Below are positions 47,159 to 58,460 of a DNA stretch of 64,000 nt, piece after piece (position 1 is the stretch's first letter; each line of letters begins with the position of its first letter). This stretch comes from Escherichia coli. Lineage in GTDB: Bacteria > Pseudomonadota > Gammaproteobacteria > Enterobacterales > Enterobacteriaceae. Position numbers and translations under genes: made by a program. Under the pieces are notes generated by a model, which saw nothing but the letters and a program-made list of their open reading frames with translations, did not search any database and was not told where the DNA came from. The stretch lies in the NCBI RefSeq assembly GCF_013315695.1, contig NZ_CP054353.1; one strand, 5' to 3'.

Positions 47159-48412
47159 TCAGGACTCCTCATGCTCTGATTCAGGTTGACGATCCCACGA
47201 CAAACGCGGGTCAAACGTCATAGCAGAAAACATTGTCATTATGACGACTAAAGCAAACATTAATGCACCCATTGCCGGATAAATACTCATTAAACCTCCC
47301 ATACGCACCAGCGCCGAGAGCACCGCGATAACGAAAACGTCAATCATCGACCAGCGGCCTACAAACTCAACAACTTCATAAATCAAATGCATTCTTTCAC
47401 TGTCGCGCTTGCCATGCCCTTTGGCATCCCAACACAACCACGCTATGGCGATCATCTTTAACGTTGGCACCATAATACTGGCCAGAAAGATAACCGCAGC
47501 GACGGGATAAGATCCTTCGCTCCATAACAGGATGACCCCAGCGAGAATCGTCGATGGCATCTTCGAGCCTAATAAATCCGTCACCATGATGGGCAAAATA
47601 TTAGCCGGAAGGTACAGCATGATGGACGTTACAAGCAGCGCGAGTGTCCACTGCAGGCTGTTTCTACGCCGAACGTACCCTTTAGTACCACAGCGCGGGC
47701 ATACGGGTTCATCAGCAGGAAGGATTGCCGTACAACAGGAGCAAGAACGCAGCCCCTGACGTATCCCCGTGACGCCAGGTTTTAGCGGCTGGCGCAGTTC
47801 TGGCATCGGGGCGATATCGTCCCATAACCAGCGACGATCAACGCACTGAAAGGCGCGCAGTTGCAGGACACAAAATAAACACCAGGGGAGAAAGCTACTG
47901 CCGACACCAATGCTGCCGTAGGCCATCAGTTTAACGAAACTGACCAGCACTCCCGCGAGGAAAATTTCCGCCATTCCCCAGGTTTTGAGTTGAAAAAGCA
48001 CCCGTGCCAGTTGCTCTTTTAAACGGACCGGTAATTCCGCGCGATTCACCAGTAACAGAATGGTTATCAGACAAAACGCGGGAACCAGTTGCACAAACAA
48101 CAGGAAAAAGGTGCCGAGGCTGGCGTAGTCCTCAGAAAAAAGCACGCCGGGAATTTCCAGTAATGTAATTTCACTGGTGACTCCCGCAACGTTCATATTC
48201 ACAAAAGGAAACAAGTTGGACAGCAACAGCATGAACAGTGCAGCCAACGCATAGGCGGTGGGACGCTGCCGAGGGGCATCCCACGCCACGGTTAACGTTG
48301 TGCCACACCGGGGACATGCCGCTTTCTGACCATGCTCAAGGCGCGGTAACGCCACCAGCATGTCACACTGCGAGCACAGGATGTGCTTCGCGGCATGATG
48401 ATGTTCGCACAT
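47159..48412 (-). CDS. pqiA: Paraquat-inducible inner membrane protein PqiA
   Basis: 417-aa ORF with paired Cys-rich zinc-ribbon-like motifs and TM segments. Confidence 0.93.
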   Translation of the reverse strand: MCEHHHAAKHILCSQCDMLVALPRLEHGQKAACPRCGTTLTVAWDAPRQRPTAYALAALFMLLLSNLFPFVNMNVAGVTSEITLLEIPGVLFSEDYASLGTFFLLFVQLVPAFCLITILLLVNRAELPVRLKEQLARVLFQLKTWGMAEIFLAGVLVSFVKLMAYGSIGVGSSFLPWCLFCVLQLRAFQCVDRRWLWDDIAPMPELRQPLKPGVTGIRQGLRSCSCCTAILPADEPVCPRCGTKGYVRRRNSLQWTLALLVTSIMLYLPANILPIMVTDLLGSKMPSTILAGVILLWSEGSYPVAAVIFLASIMVPTLKMIAIAWLCWDAKGHGKRDSERMHLIYEVVEFVGRWSMIDVFVIAVLSALVRMGGLMSIYPAMGALMFALVVIMTMFSAMTFDPRLSWDRQPESEHEES

Positions 48413-48541
48413 TGGTACTCCTTAATGATGCGCTATTTTACAGATGACGAACAAAGTGTTGGTTTTCATGCCTGATAAACCCAGTTCATCAGGCAATTTT
48501 ACCGTTGTCAGCTGTCTCTGTTTAAATCGACTATTTTGCGA

Positions 48542-50449
48542 TCAGCCACCATTTTTTAACGCTTCAAGATACTCCCAGCGTTCAAAGGCTTGCTCCAGCT
48601 CCTGCTCTGCAGCAGCCATATCAGCGAGCACTTTTTGTGTCTGCTCATGGGGCTGACTGAAGAAGGAAGCATCCGCCACCTGCGTCTGTAGGGCTTCCAG
48701 CTTCGCCTCCAGATCTTCAAGCAATTGCGGTAGCTGCTCCAGTTCGCGCTGCAATTTATAGCTTAGTTTGCTACTGCTGCGTTTTACAGTTTCTGCTTTT
48801 GCCGCGGCGGCTTCTTCGGTTTTTTTCACCGCAGGCTGTTTGAGCGCCACATACTGCTCTTGCTGACCACGGGCATCATGATAACCGCCGACATAACGAC
48901 CAATTTTACCGCCGCCTTCGAAGATCCAGCATTCTGTAACGGTGTTATCGACAAACTGACGATCGTGGCTTACCAGCAATACCGTGCCCTGGTAGCTGTC
49001 GATCAGTTCTTCCAGCAGTTCCAGCGTTTCGACATCAAGATCGTTGGTCGGTTCGTCAAGAATCAATAAGTTGCTTGGTTTGAGGAACAAACGCGCCAGC
49101 AGCAAGCGGTTCCGCTCACCGCCAGAAAGCGCACGTACCGGCGTCATCGCCCGTTTCGGATGGAACAGGAAGTCCTGCAAATAGCCCAATACGTGGCGTG
49201 GCTTGCCGTTAACCATCACCTCTTGCTTACCTTCGGCAAGGTTATCCATCACCGTTTTATCGGGATCCAGTTCCGCACGGTGCTGATCGAAATAAGCCAC
49301 TTCCAGTTTGGTGCCAACGTGAATACGCCCGCTGTCCGCCTGAAGCTGACCGAGCATCAGTTTCAGCAGCGTGGTTTTGCCGCACCCATTCGGGCCAATC
49401 AGGGCAATTTTGTCGCCACGTAGAACCTGGGCAGAAAAATCTTTCACCAGTTGCTTACCGTCAACCTGGTAGCAAACGTCTTCCATTTCGAAAACGATCT
49501 TTCCGGAGCGGCTGGCTTCTTCCACCTGCATCTTTGCCGTCCCCATGACCTCACGGCGCTGGCTACGTTCACGGCGCATTGCTTTCAGGGCGCGTACGCG
49601 GCCTTCATTACGGGTACGGCGCGCTTTGATCCCCTGGCGGATCCACACCTCTTCCTGCGCCAGTTTGCGATCGAACTCGGCATTTTGTAATTCTTCCACG
49701 CGCAGGGCTTCTTCTTTTTCCAGCAGGTACTGGTCGTAATTCCCTGGATAGGTCACCAGCTTGCCGCGATCGAGATCAACAATGCGCGTCGCCATATTGC
49801 GGATAAACGAACGGTCGTGGGAAATGAAAATAATTGTCCCATTGAAGGTTTTGAGGAACCCTTCCAGCCAGTCGATGGTTTCAATATCCAGGTGGTTAGT
49901 CGGTTCGTCGAGCAGCAATACGCGCGGATTGCTCACCAGCGCGCGTCCCAATGCCGCTTTACGCAACCAGCCGCCGGAAAGCGACGACAGCGCAACATTA
50001 GGATCTAATCCCAGTTGCGCCAGCACTTCGTTGATGCGGTTTTCCAGCTGCCACAGGTTGTGGTGATCCAGCTGTTCCTGAACCTTCGCCAGTTCGTTGA
50101 GATTTTTCTCGCTCGGGTCGTTCATCACCAGGCGCGAAATATCGTGATAGCGTTTCAGGTATTCCGCTTGTTCTTCAATGCCTTCGGCAACGAAATCATA
50201 AACGCTACCCTCAACGTTACGCGGCGGATCCTGTTGCAGACGAGCGACAATCAAATCTTGCTCGTAAATAATGCGACCGTCATCCAGCGCCTGTTCACGG
50301 TTGAGGATCTTCATTAACGTCGATTTGCCTGCGCCGTTACGACCTACCAGACAAACACGTTCGTTATCTTCGATATGCAGTTCTGCGTTATCGAGAAGCG
50401 GCGCGTCGCTGAACGACAGCCATGCGCCATGCATACTGATTAATGACAT
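48542..50449 (-). CDS. uup: ABC-F family ATPase
   Basis: 635-aa ORF with two ABC cassettes (Walker A GRNGAGKST and GPNGCGKTT). Confidence 0.95.
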   Translation of the reverse strand: MSLISMHGAWLSFSDAPLLDNAELHIEDNERVCLVGRNGAGKSTLMKILNREQALDDGRIIYEQDLIVARLQQDPPRNVEGSVYDFVAEGIEEQAEYLKRYHDISRLVMNDPSEKNLNELAKVQEQLDHHNLWQLENRINEVLAQLGLDPNVALSSLSGGWLRKAALGRALVSNPRVLLLDEPTNHLDIETIDWLEGFLKTFNGTIIFISHDRSFIRNMATRIVDLDRGKLVTYPGNYDQYLLEKEEALRVEELQNAEFDRKLAQEEVWIRQGIKARRTRNEGRVRALKAMRRERSQRREVMGTAKMQVEEASRSGKIVFEMEDVCYQVDGKQLVKDFSAQVLRGDKIALIGPNGCGKTTLLKLMLGQLQADSGRIHVGTKLEVAYFDQHRAELDPDKTVMDNLAEGKQEVMVNGKPRHVLGYLQDFLFHPKRAMTPVRALSGGERNRLLLARLFLKPSNLLILDEPTNDLDVETLELLEELIDSYQGTVLLVSHDRQFVDNTVTECWIFEGGGKIGRYVGGYHDARGQQEQYVALKQPAVKKTEEAAAAKAETVKRSSSKLSYKLQRELEQLPQLLEDLEAKLEALQTQVADASFFSQPHEQTQKVLADMAAAEQELEQAFERWEYLEALKNGG

Positions 50450-50460
50450 TACTATTCCTT

Positions 50461-52569
50461 TCAGGCTGCGGTAATCAGCCAGCAGTTGTGGATCTGGCGG
50501 TTACGGGCGAAATCCTGGGAGAGCGTTTTTTGCGTAATTTCTTGTGCTTTCAGTCCCAGTTTCGCCAGGCCGTCGAGATCCATACGGAAGCCGCGTTTGT
50601 TGTTCGAGAACATGATCGTTCCACCTGCACGCAGCAGACGTTTCAAATCTTTCATCAGCGCCAGATGATCGCGCTGAACATCAAACGCATCTTCCATTCG
50701 TTTTGAGTTAGAGAAGGTTGGCGGATCGATAAAGATCAGATCGAACTGTTCATTTGCCTCACGCAGCCACGCCAGGCAATCGGCCTGAATCAGGCGATGC
50801 GCACGCCCGGTTAGGCCATTCAGACGCAGGTTGCGTTCTGCCCACTCCAGATAAGTACGCGACATATCCACGGTGATGGTGCTGCGTGCACCGCCTAATC
50901 CCGCGTGCACGGTGGCGCTGCCGGTATAAGAGAACAGGTTGAGGAAATCTTTGCCTTTGCTCATCTGACCGAGCATACGACGGGCGATACGGTGATCGAG
51001 GAACAGACCGGTATCGAGGTAATCCGTCAGGTTCACCCACAAGTGAGCGTTATATTCGGTGACTTCGAGAAACTCGCCCTTCTCGCCCAGTTTCTGGTAC
51101 TGATTTTTGCCCTTCTGGCGTTCACGGGTTTTCAGCACCAGTTTGTTTGGCGCAATCCCCAGTACCGAAATGGTTGCAGCGATAATATCGAACAGACGCT
51201 GACGCGCTTTGTGCGCATCAATAGTTTTTGGCGGCGCATACTCCTGCACCACCACCCAGTCGGCATAACGATCAACGGCAACGTTATATTCCGGCAGATC
51301 GGCGTCATACAGGCGGTAACATTCAATCCCTTCCTGGCGAGCCCACTTCTCGAATTTTTTGAGGTTCTTACGCAGGCGGTTAGCGTAGTCTTCCGCTACC
51401 ATCGCCGGTTTGCTGTCTGGTGTGCTTTCGGCAACATGGTAGTTTTTCTGTACGCAGTCCAGCGGGCCGTTTTTCGCCTTGTACTGTTTGTCTGCACGCA
51501 GCTGCAGGCAGCTGAGCAGATCCGGCGAGGCACTAAACAAAGAGAGATTCCAGCCACCGAACTGGTTTTTCATGATTCGGCCCAGCAGACTATGCAGCGC
51601 AATCAGCGCCGGTTCGCTGTCCAGACGTTCACCGTATGGCGGGTTGCTCAACACTGTACCGTACGGCCCTTTCGGCAGCGGATTGGTCAGTTGCGCGACA
51701 TCTTTCACCTCAAAGGTGATCAGTTCACCAATCCCCGCAAGACGGGCGTTAGTGCGCGCACGTTGAATCACACGTGCGTCACTGTCCGAACCGTAGAAAT
51801 GGGAGCTATACTCCGCCAGGCCTTTACGGGCACGAGTTTGCGCTTCCGCTTTCACTTCCTGCCAGATAGCTTCATCATGCTGCGCCCAGCCGCTAAAGCC
51901 CCAACGCCCACGGTGCAAGCCCGGTGCGCGGTCGGTCGCCAGCATCGCCGCTTCAATCAGCAACGTACCAGAACCACACATTGGATCGAGCAGCGGTGTT
52001 CCTGGCTGCCAGCCGGATCGCATAACAATCGCGGCTGCCAGGGTTTCTTTGATCGGCGCAATACCAGCACGATCGCGATAGCCACGCAGATGTAAACCAT
52101 CACCACTGAGATCAAGGGCAATACTGGCGGTTTCTTTATGCAGCCAGACGTTAACGCGGATATCCGGCGCATCGCGATCAACATTTGGACGCGGCAGATT
52201 TTTCCGCGTGAAAGCATCGACGATCGCGTCTTTCACTTTCATCGCACCGTACTGACTGTTGCGTATGGTGTCATTCAAACCACTGAAGTGGACAGCGAAG
52301 GTCGCGCCAGGATTAAACATCTCTGTCCAGTTGATCGCCTGAACACCGAGATAGAGGTCTAAATCGCTGTAAACCTTACACTCGCCCAGCGGCAACATAA
52401 TACGCGAGGCCAGGCGGCTCCACATCAGGCTCTGGTAAACAAGCCGTGTGTCGCCCTTGAAATGGACCCCACCCTGAACCACCTGGCATTCAACGGCCCC
52501 CAGGTTTTCCAGTTCAGTTTTTAACAGCTCTTCCAGCCCACGGGCCGTACTGGCAAACAGAGAATTCAT
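50461..52569 (-). CDS. rlmL: Bifunctional 23S rRNA m2G2445/m7G2069 methyltransferase
   Basis: 702-aa ORF with THUMP and two methyltransferase domains (RlmKL). Confidence 0.95.
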   Translation of the reverse strand: MNSLFASTARGLEELLKTELENLGAVECQVVQGGVHFKGDTRLVYQSLMWSRLASRIMLPLGECKVYSDLDLYLGVQAINWTEMFNPGATFAVHFSGLNDTIRNSQYGAMKVKDAIVDAFTRKNLPRPNVDRDAPDIRVNVWLHKETASIALDLSGDGLHLRGYRDRAGIAPIKETLAAAIVMRSGWQPGTPLLDPMCGSGTLLIEAAMLATDRAPGLHRGRWGFSGWAQHDEAIWQEVKAEAQTRARKGLAEYSSHFYGSDSDARVIQRARTNARLAGIGELITFEVKDVAQLTNPLPKGPYGTVLSNPPYGERLDSEPALIALHSLLGRIMKNQFGGWNLSLFSASPDLLSCLQLRADKQYKAKNGPLDCVQKNYHVAESTPDSKPAMVAEDYANRLRKNLKKFEKWARQEGIECYRLYDADLPEYNVAVDRYADWVVVQEYAPPKTIDAHKARQRLFDIIAATISVLGIAPNKLVLKTRERQKGKNQYQKLGEKGEFLEVTEYNAHLWVNLTDYLDTGLFLDHRIARRMLGQMSKGKDFLNLFSYTGSATVHAGLGGARSTITVDMSRTYLEWAERNLRLNGLTGRAHRLIQADCLAWLREANEQFDLIFIDPPTFSNSKRMEDAFDVQRDHLALMKDLKRLLRAGGTIMFSNNKRGFRMDLDGLAKLGLKAQEITQKTLSQDFARNRQIHNCWLITAA

Positions 52570-52666
52570 ATCGTCACTTTTACTCTAAGAAAATTGTTGC
52601 GCATTATAGCTAATAAGCGCGTCATGTCATAAAGTTGAGGGCTTATTTTCATTTGAGGACCGCACC

Positions 52667-53776
52667 GTGGCGACATTAACCCGGCTTTTTATTCATCCTG
52701 TTAAATCGATGCGCGGCATTGGTCTTACACATGCTCTGGCAGATGTCAGTGGTCTGGCCTTCGATCGCATCTTTATGATCACGGAACCTGACGGTACGTT
52801 TATTACTGCTCGCCAGTTTCCCCAGATGGTACGGTTTATTCCTTCACCTGTGCATGATGGCTTGCATCTCACCGCACCAGATGGCAGTAGTGCATATGTT
52901 CGTTTTGCTGATTTCGCCACACAAGACGCACCAACCGAAGTTTGGGGCACACATTTTACCGCGCGAATTGCGCCAGACGCGATCAACAAATGGCTAAGTG
53001 GATTTTTCTCCCGCGAAGTGCAATTACGCTGGGTGGGGCCACAAATGACCCGGCGCGTGAAACGCCACAACACTGTACCCCTGTCATTTGCTGATGGTTA
53101 TCCTTACCTTCTTGCTAACGAGGCCTCGTTACGTGATCTCCAACAACGTTGTCCGGCCAGTGTAAAAATGGAGCAATTCCGCCCCAATCTGGTGGTTTCC
53201 GGTGCATCGGCCTGGGAAGAAGATAGCTGGAAAGTGATTCGCATTGGTGATGTCGTGTTTGATGTGGTTAAGCCTTGTAGCCGCTGTATTTTCACCACCG
53301 TCAGCCCAGAAAAAGGGCAAAAACATCCGGCAGGCGAACCATTAAAAACGCTGCAATCTTTCCGTACTGCCCAGGATAACGGCGATGTCGATTTTGGTCA
53401 GAATTTAATTGCCCGTAATAGCGGCGTGATTCGCGTTGGCGATGAGGTGGAAATTCTGGCAACGGCTCCAGCTAAAATTTACGGCGCAGGTGCCGCCGAT
53501 GATACTGCCAACATCACGCAACAACCGGACGCAAACGTAGATATTGACTGGCAGGGACAGGCATTTCGTGGAAATAACCAACAGGTGCTGCTGGAGCAAT
53601 TAGAAAATCAGGGAATTCGTATCCCTTATTCTTGCCGCGCGGGCATTTGTGGAAGTTGCCGTGTTCAGCTTTTAGAAGGCGAAGTCACGCCGCTGAAAAA
53701 ATCAGCAATGGGTGATGATGGCACTATTCTTTGCTGTAGTTGTGTACCGAAGACTGCACTTAAGCTGACGCGTTAA
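52667..53776 (+). CDS. ycbX: MOSC-domain protein with C-terminal 2Fe-2S ferredoxin domain
   Basis: 369-aa ORF; C-terminal CRAGICGSC...CC motif. Confidence 0.92.
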   Translation: MATLTRLFIHPVKSMRGIGLTHALADVSGLAFDRIFMITEPDGTFITARQFPQMVRFIPSPVHDGLHLTAPDGSSAYVRFADFATQDAPTEVWGTHFTARIAPDAINKWLSGFFSREVQLRWVGPQMTRRVKRHNTVPLSFADGYPYLLANEASLRDLQQRCPASVKMEQFRPNLVVSGASAWEEDSWKVIRIGDVVFDVVKPCSRCIFTTVSPEKGQKHPAGEPLKTLQSFRTAQDNGDVDFGQNLIARNSGVIRVGDEVEILATAPAKIYGAGAADDTANITQQPDANVDIDWQGQAFRGNNQQVLLEQLENQGIRIPYSCRAGICGSCRVQLLEGEVTPLKKSAMGDDGTILCCSCVPKTALKLTR

Positions 53777-54315
53777 ACTGCCTGTTCGAGGCTGAAGCTG
53801 TCAACATTAACCTGCGGTTTCAGCCTGTCGTTCATGATTTTGATGGCGTCGCCCAGCTGCATCGCGCGACCCGCAATAACAACGCAGGGTTGTGCCAGCA
53901 GGCATAGTGCGGCATTTTCGCCAGATTCAACGACCAGCAAATTGACTTGCTCGTGAGTGTCGCTCAACCAAACGCAGGCCGCATCGCCCGGCATGGGCAC
54001 CCACATTTCACCATGGGAAACAAAATGCCAGCTTTTCGGCATTTGCGGTTTGAGATAACGAATTGCTACCAGCGCATTAAGCACCAGTTCGGCTTTTTGT
54101 TCTTTAGATAAATTAAAATCGCGGCATTTTTCTTCAAATGAGAAATAGAGCGCGGCGTCGTCAACGCAAAAGCCTGCGGGAGAAAAGGCATCTGGAGTCA
54201 ACATTTTGCGCGCAAAACGTGAGCGAAATAGCATACCATTGGCTAAATCGAGCATCATTCGATCGTGCTCTTCATCGTAATACCAACGCCAGTTATCGTC
54301 TGGTTTAATTCGCAT
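53773..54315 (-). CDS. zapC: FtsZ-associated cell division protein ZapC
   Basis: 180-aa product [24 protein letters not shown]...; 4-bp convergent overlap with ycbX. Confidence 0.92.
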   Translation of the reverse strand: MRIKPDDNWRWYYDEEHDRMMLDLANGMLFRSRFARKMLTPDAFSPAGFCVDDAALYFSFEEKCRDFNLSKEQKAELVLNALVAIRYLKPQMPKSWHFVSHGEMWVPMPGDAACVWLSDTHEQVNLLVVESGENAALCLLAQPCVVIAGRAMQLGDAIKIMNDRLKPQVNVDSFSLEQAV

Positions 54316-54488
54316 TTGCCTCTCCCCTACCCTATAAAACCGCAGCAACACAATCCATTGTCGCTTCGCTTAATAACCTCAACAATAAAAGTACAAAATG
54401 TCTAAATAAGCAACAGTTATGAATATAAAACAACCAGGGCTTAAAATAAAGCCCTGATTATCTTATAAAGAGGAATTCGAAGAAATAA

Positions 54489-55499
54489 TTAGATATGGGT
54501 AACGATTTCTTTAATCAGCGGCGGACCTTTAAAAATAAAACCAGAATAAATTTGCACCAGTGAGGCCCCCGCAGCAATCTTTTCACGCGCAGCGATAACC
54601 GAGTCAATGCCGCCAACACCGATGATCGGTAAGCGACCGTTTAATTCCTGTGACAAGCGGCGAATAATTTCTGTGCTTTTTAACTGAAGCGGACGACCAC
54701 TTAAGCCACCGGTTTGATCACAATTTTTCATTCCCTGAACCAGAGAACGATCGAGCGTGGTATTGGTTGCAATAACGCCATCAATATTATGGCGAACTAA
54801 ACTATCGGCAACCTGGATCAATTCTTCTTCAGAAAGATCCGGCGCGATCTTCACTGCGATCGGCACATATTTATGGTGCATCGCTTGCAAATCATTTTGC
54901 TTATTTTTAATCGCGGTTAAGAGATCATCCAGCGCTTCACCATATTGCAGTGTGCGTAATCCTGGGGTATTTGGCGATGAAATATTGATGGCGATATATC
55001 CCGCATAGGCATAGATTTTTTCCATACAAATCAGATAGTCATCTTTACCCTGCTCCACCGGCGTATCTTTATTTTTGCCGATGTTAATACCCAGAACGCC
55101 GTCATAATGGGCTTTTTTTACGTTCTCTACGAGGTTATCAACGCCAAGATTATTAAAGCCCATACGGTTGATCAAACCTTCGGCATCTACCAGACGAAAG
55201 AGACGCGGCTTGTCATTACCTGGCTGTGGACGTGGCGTGACGGTACCGATCTCGATAGCTCCAAAACCCATCGCGCCTAACGCGTCAATGCACTCCCCGT
55301 CTTTATCAAGACCGGCTGCCAGACCAAGCGGATTTTTAAACGTCAGGCCCATGCAGTTAACAGGTTTCGCAGGCACTTTCTGCCGCACCAGTGCTTCAAA
55401 CGGCGTTCCGGTAATACGGCGTAATTGCTGAAAAGTAAACTCATGAGCGCGCTCTGGATCGAGCTGGAAAAGGGCTTTACGAACGAAGGGGTAGTACAT
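54489..55499 (-). CDS. pyrD: Dihydroorotate dehydrogenase (quinone)
   Basis: 336-aa product [21 protein letters not shown]... Confidence 0.97.
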   Translation of the reverse strand: MYYPFVRKALFQLDPERAHEFTFQQLRRITGTPFEALVRQKVPAKPVNCMGLTFKNPLGLAAGLDKDGECIDALGAMGFGAIEIGTVTPRPQPGNDKPRLFRLVDAEGLINRMGFNNLGVDNLVENVKKAHYDGVLGINIGKNKDTPVEQGKDDYLICMEKIYAYAGYIAINISSPNTPGLRTLQYGEALDDLLTAIKNKQNDLQAMHHKYVPIAVKIAPDLSEEELIQVADSLVRHNIDGVIATNTTLDRSLVQGMKNCDQTGGLSGRPLQLKSTEIIRRLSQELNGRLPIIGVGGIDSVIAAREKIAAGASLVQIYSGFIFKGPPLIKEIVTHI

Positions 55500-55609
55500 G
55501 AACTCTCCTGGATTCCCGGTGTGCAAACCGGGGGCGTATTATGTGCGAGTTCGGACCAAAAGGGAATTGACCTGTGGCAAAAAAAGCGCAAACGTTTTCC
55601 GAGCCTGTT

Positions 55610-56320
55610 TCAGGGCAGATTTTGCTCCTTCTTTGCACTCAACCCGCCGTAATCATTTATCGTCCGCCAGGCGACATGACACGGTGTTATAGCCTGACAC
55701 CAGCTTGTCTGACGCTGGCTTTTAGGTGGCACAACTCCCGCATTACTTAACGCTTTACCATTTACGCTCACCTGAATCAGGTTAATGTAGTAAGGCGTTG
55801 GGTTAGTGAGTTGTACACCCTGCGAATTCCGTGTCCAGCGTAATTGTTGATAAGCTTCCAGCGGGTCGCCCGGCAAACCTTCGGGTCGCCAGAACAGTTT
55901 AAATACCGAGCGCATCGCCACTTTTACGCTCTGATTTTCAACTTTGCCGGATGGCACGCTGGCAATGCTTAACTCAAATAGCGTTTCGCGATCCACGGGC
56001 AAGATGTCGCTTTCCGTTCTCAGCAAGCGCAATGTGCCTGTAGTACCGGGCTTCAGGAGAATAAGTGGCGGAGCGGCCAGTAATGGTGCTGGTACTGTCG
56101 ACGCTTCACCCCCAGCCCAACGCGTTGGGCGATTGATTTTACTGTTAATAAGCCAGGATTCCTGACTGGTATTAGTCAGTGAAATAGATATCGAATCTCT
56201 GTCTGCCGGAAAGATAAATCGCGTTCCGCCGACCACCACTCCTGCCTGCAATTCACTCGCCACCAGCAGCGATAAAACGGCGAAAATCAAGAGCGCCAAT
56301 CTGTTCCACGTATTAGTCAT
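55610..56320 (-). CDS. ycbF: Periplasmic pilus chaperone (PapD-like)
   Basis: Chaperone N- and C-domains; start at MTNTWNRLALLIFAVLSLLVA signal peptide. Confidence 0.85.
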   Translation of the reverse strand: MTNTWNRLALLIFAVLSLLVASELQAGVVVGGTRFIFPADRDSISISLTNTSQESWLINSKINRPTRWAGGEASTVPAPLLAAPPLILLKPGTTGTLRLLRTESDILPVDRETLFELSIASVPSGKVENQSVKVAMRSVFKLFWRPEGLPGDPLEAYQQLRWTRNSQGVQLTNPTPYYINLIQVSVNGKALSNAGVVPPKSQRQTSWCQAITPCHVAWRTINDYGGLSAKKEQNLP

Positions 56321-56828
56321 AATGAAGTACAAATGTCGCGCTGGCATTCACTTTACCCGACTGCACATCGCTATTGACAGGTCGCAATTGCGCGTAAAAA
56401 GTTAATGGCACCTTACCGCTATGTAGGCTGTAGTCTTTACTCGCCTGGTTAAGCGGAATCAATATCTTCGCATCATCCAGAATTGCAATTGCCAGCCCAC
56501 TGGCTGCATCCGTACCACTTTCAATGGACAGCATTTCGCTCTGTACTCCGTCGGGGGTTCCTGAAAAGGTGACGTCAACCGTGCTGGCATCTGTTCCGCA
56601 ATCCTGCAAATTAATGATGAACGATTTCTCCGGGCCATAATTCCCATGAGAAAAACGTGTCAGCGAGACGTCGCCTAACTGCACATTGATTTGCTTGCTA
56701 TCCTGTGCCAGCACGCATGTATTACGGCGAAACGATCCGCTAATGTTGACCGTGCCATCATGGGCAAATAGCTCACAGCCCCCCGTTAATCCCAGTAAGA
56801 ACAGAATCCAGATTGTCTGTTTCAACAT
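56313..56828 (-). CDS. ycbV: Fimbrial-like subunit
   Basis: Signal peptide plus fimbrial subunit-like domain; internal start MLKQTIWILFLLG. Confidence 0.8.
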   Translation of the reverse strand: MLKQTIWILFLLGLTGGCELFAHDGTVNISGSFRRNTCVLAQDSKQINVQLGDVSLTRFSHGNYGPEKSFIINLQDCGTDASTVDVTFSGTPDGVQSEMLSIESGTDAASGLAIAILDDAKILIPLNQASKDYSLHSGKVPLTFYAQLRPVNSDVQSGKVNASATFVLHYD

Positions 56829-56835
56829 CACTCCT

Positions 56836-57378
56836 TCACTGGTAAACCAGATCAAAATAGAGAACCGCCGTCGCATTACCGCCCGTTGCTCCCGCCTTTG
56901 TGGACTTATAACGAAGTTGATATTTGAGTGTGTTATCCCCGGCTTTTAAGGGCGTAAGAGGTAGGACCTGATTGAGCGGGATTTCTTGCTGACTTTGCGC
57001 ATCAAGAATTTGCACAGCAATCCCCGTTGCCATACCACCGCTTCCGCCTGTGTCAGTTAATTTGAGCAGTGTCGGCACAAGGGTGTCAGCCTCGCCGCTA
57101 AAAAGGACGTCCGCGCCAGTAATACCAGCGGCACAACCGGTGATATCGATATTCAAATCAGCAGCAGTGCTTACGGTATTCGCGGTCTGAAAATCACTGA
57201 TATTAAAATCACCAATATGAATATTTTGTAATGCACTTTTGGTGGCAACATCACAGCCCTGATCGACCACATTACCATAAATATGCATACTGACTTGTTC
57301 AGGTCCAGCTATCCCGACATGCATATAAAGCAAAGTGAATGATAAGATAACGACTTGAAATATTGTGTTCTTTTTCAT
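56836..57378 (-). CDS. ycbU: Fimbrial-like subunit
   Basis: 180-aa ORF with signal peptide and fimbrial subunit C-terminal strand. Confidence 0.85.
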   Translation of the reverse strand: MKKNTIFQVVILSFTLLYMHVGIAGPEQVSMHIYGNVVDQGCDVATKSALQNIHIGDFNISDFQTANTVSTAADLNIDITGCAAGITGADVLFSGEADTLVPTLLKLTDTGGSGGMATGIAVQILDAQSQQEIPLNQVLPLTPLKAGDNTLKYQLRYKSTKAGATGGNATAVLYFDLVYQ

Positions 57379-57389
57379 ACGTTCACATA

Positions 57390-58460
57390 TCAGTCAAAGT
57401 TTATTCTCACCGTTGCTGTGGCTTCAAAGCTCCCGGTTTCCGGTGGTACACCTGTCGTGCTGACCGGATAAACATTCATTCGAGCGAAGCTGTCCGCGTC
57501 GTCAGGGATGGATAGCGGCAGTGTGCCACCGGCAGGCGAAATAATGTTGTTTTGGCTGTCGGTGACCACAACACCGACACCTGGTCGTGATGTCTTGATT
57601 GCCTGAGGATAATCGGGATCACTGGTTGCCGTCAGACTCAAATTAACATTAACCAGCTCTGCGTTTCCGGTATTACACCTGACTGGAATTGAGAGTTCTG
57701 CCGTTCTGGATCCAAGCGGTTTATGCCCTACAACACGGAAATTGGCAGCAAATACATCCCCCAAATCAACCTCTATTGTCTCTCCAGAATTGACAGAACA
57801 TGAGCCAAGTGAATTAATCGTACCAGACAGGTAATACACTAAAACCGGTGTACCTGTAGTCGTGCAGGAATCACTTGCGGGTATGTTGTAACACTCATAT
57901 AGTCGCGCCAGCGCCATAGGAGGAATGACGACCGAACCGACAAACGGCTGCAATATTTTCAGTGAAAAACTTCCGCTATTGCCGCTTGCCCCCTTGCCGC
58001 CCAAACGTTGACCACCGGGATCGCAAATATGCCATCGGGTATCACTTCCTGTACCGAGATTTTCAAAAGGTACGGCCGAAGGTGTGTTACCTTTCACTCC
58101 TAATAGCACCTTTGCGGCAAGATAATCGTTAATTTTGTACCAGTTGTCGCCCAAATAAACTAACGGAGAATCCGCAGCGAATGCCCATAGACCACTTCTG
58201 ACATTGTCTTTATCGCAATCGCAGGAAACATAATAATCATTCGATTCACTCCACTGATAAAATTCATCTTTGACTTTTCCAGCCGTATTCTCTTCCTCCT
58301 CCAGGGTTTTAACGCCAAAATTGACGCCAATATACGGATTCCCCTGAGTGGTATGACACTGCCCGGTATAAGCGGCGGCATGAAATCCCCACAGCATTAA
58401 AACAGCAGTCAAAAGAAGCCGGAGTCTTAACACACTACTATCCCCTGAAATTATTCGCAT
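57390..58460 (-). CDS. elfG: Fimbrial adhesin-like protein
   Basis: 356-aa ORF with signal peptide, downstream of the usher. Confidence 0.85.
   Translation of the reverse strand: MRIISGDSSVLRLRLLLTAVLMLWGFHAAAYTGQCHTTQGNPYIGVNFGVKTLEEEENTAGKVKDEFYQWSESNDYYVSCDCDKDNVRSGLWAFAADSPLVYLGDNWYKINDYLAAKVLLGVKGNTPSAVPFENLGTGSDTRWHICDPGGQRLGGKGASGNSGSFSLKILQPFVGSVVIPPMALARLYECYNIPASDSCTTTGTPVLVYYLSGTINSLGSCSVNSGETIEVDLGDVFAANFRVVGHKPLGSRTAELSIPVRCNTGNAELVNVNLSLTATSDPDYPQAIKTSRPGVGVVVTDSQNNIISPAGGTLPLSIPDDADSFARMNVYPVSTTGVPPETGSFEATATVRINFD

Noticed and set aside
50905-52095. 396-aa ORF on the plus strand
   Set aside because: Lies entirely antisense within rlmL (rlmKL), whose product is unambiguous. 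It has no RBS and a low-complexity Arg/Gln-rich translation typical of a spurious antisense ORF in GC-rich coding sequence.
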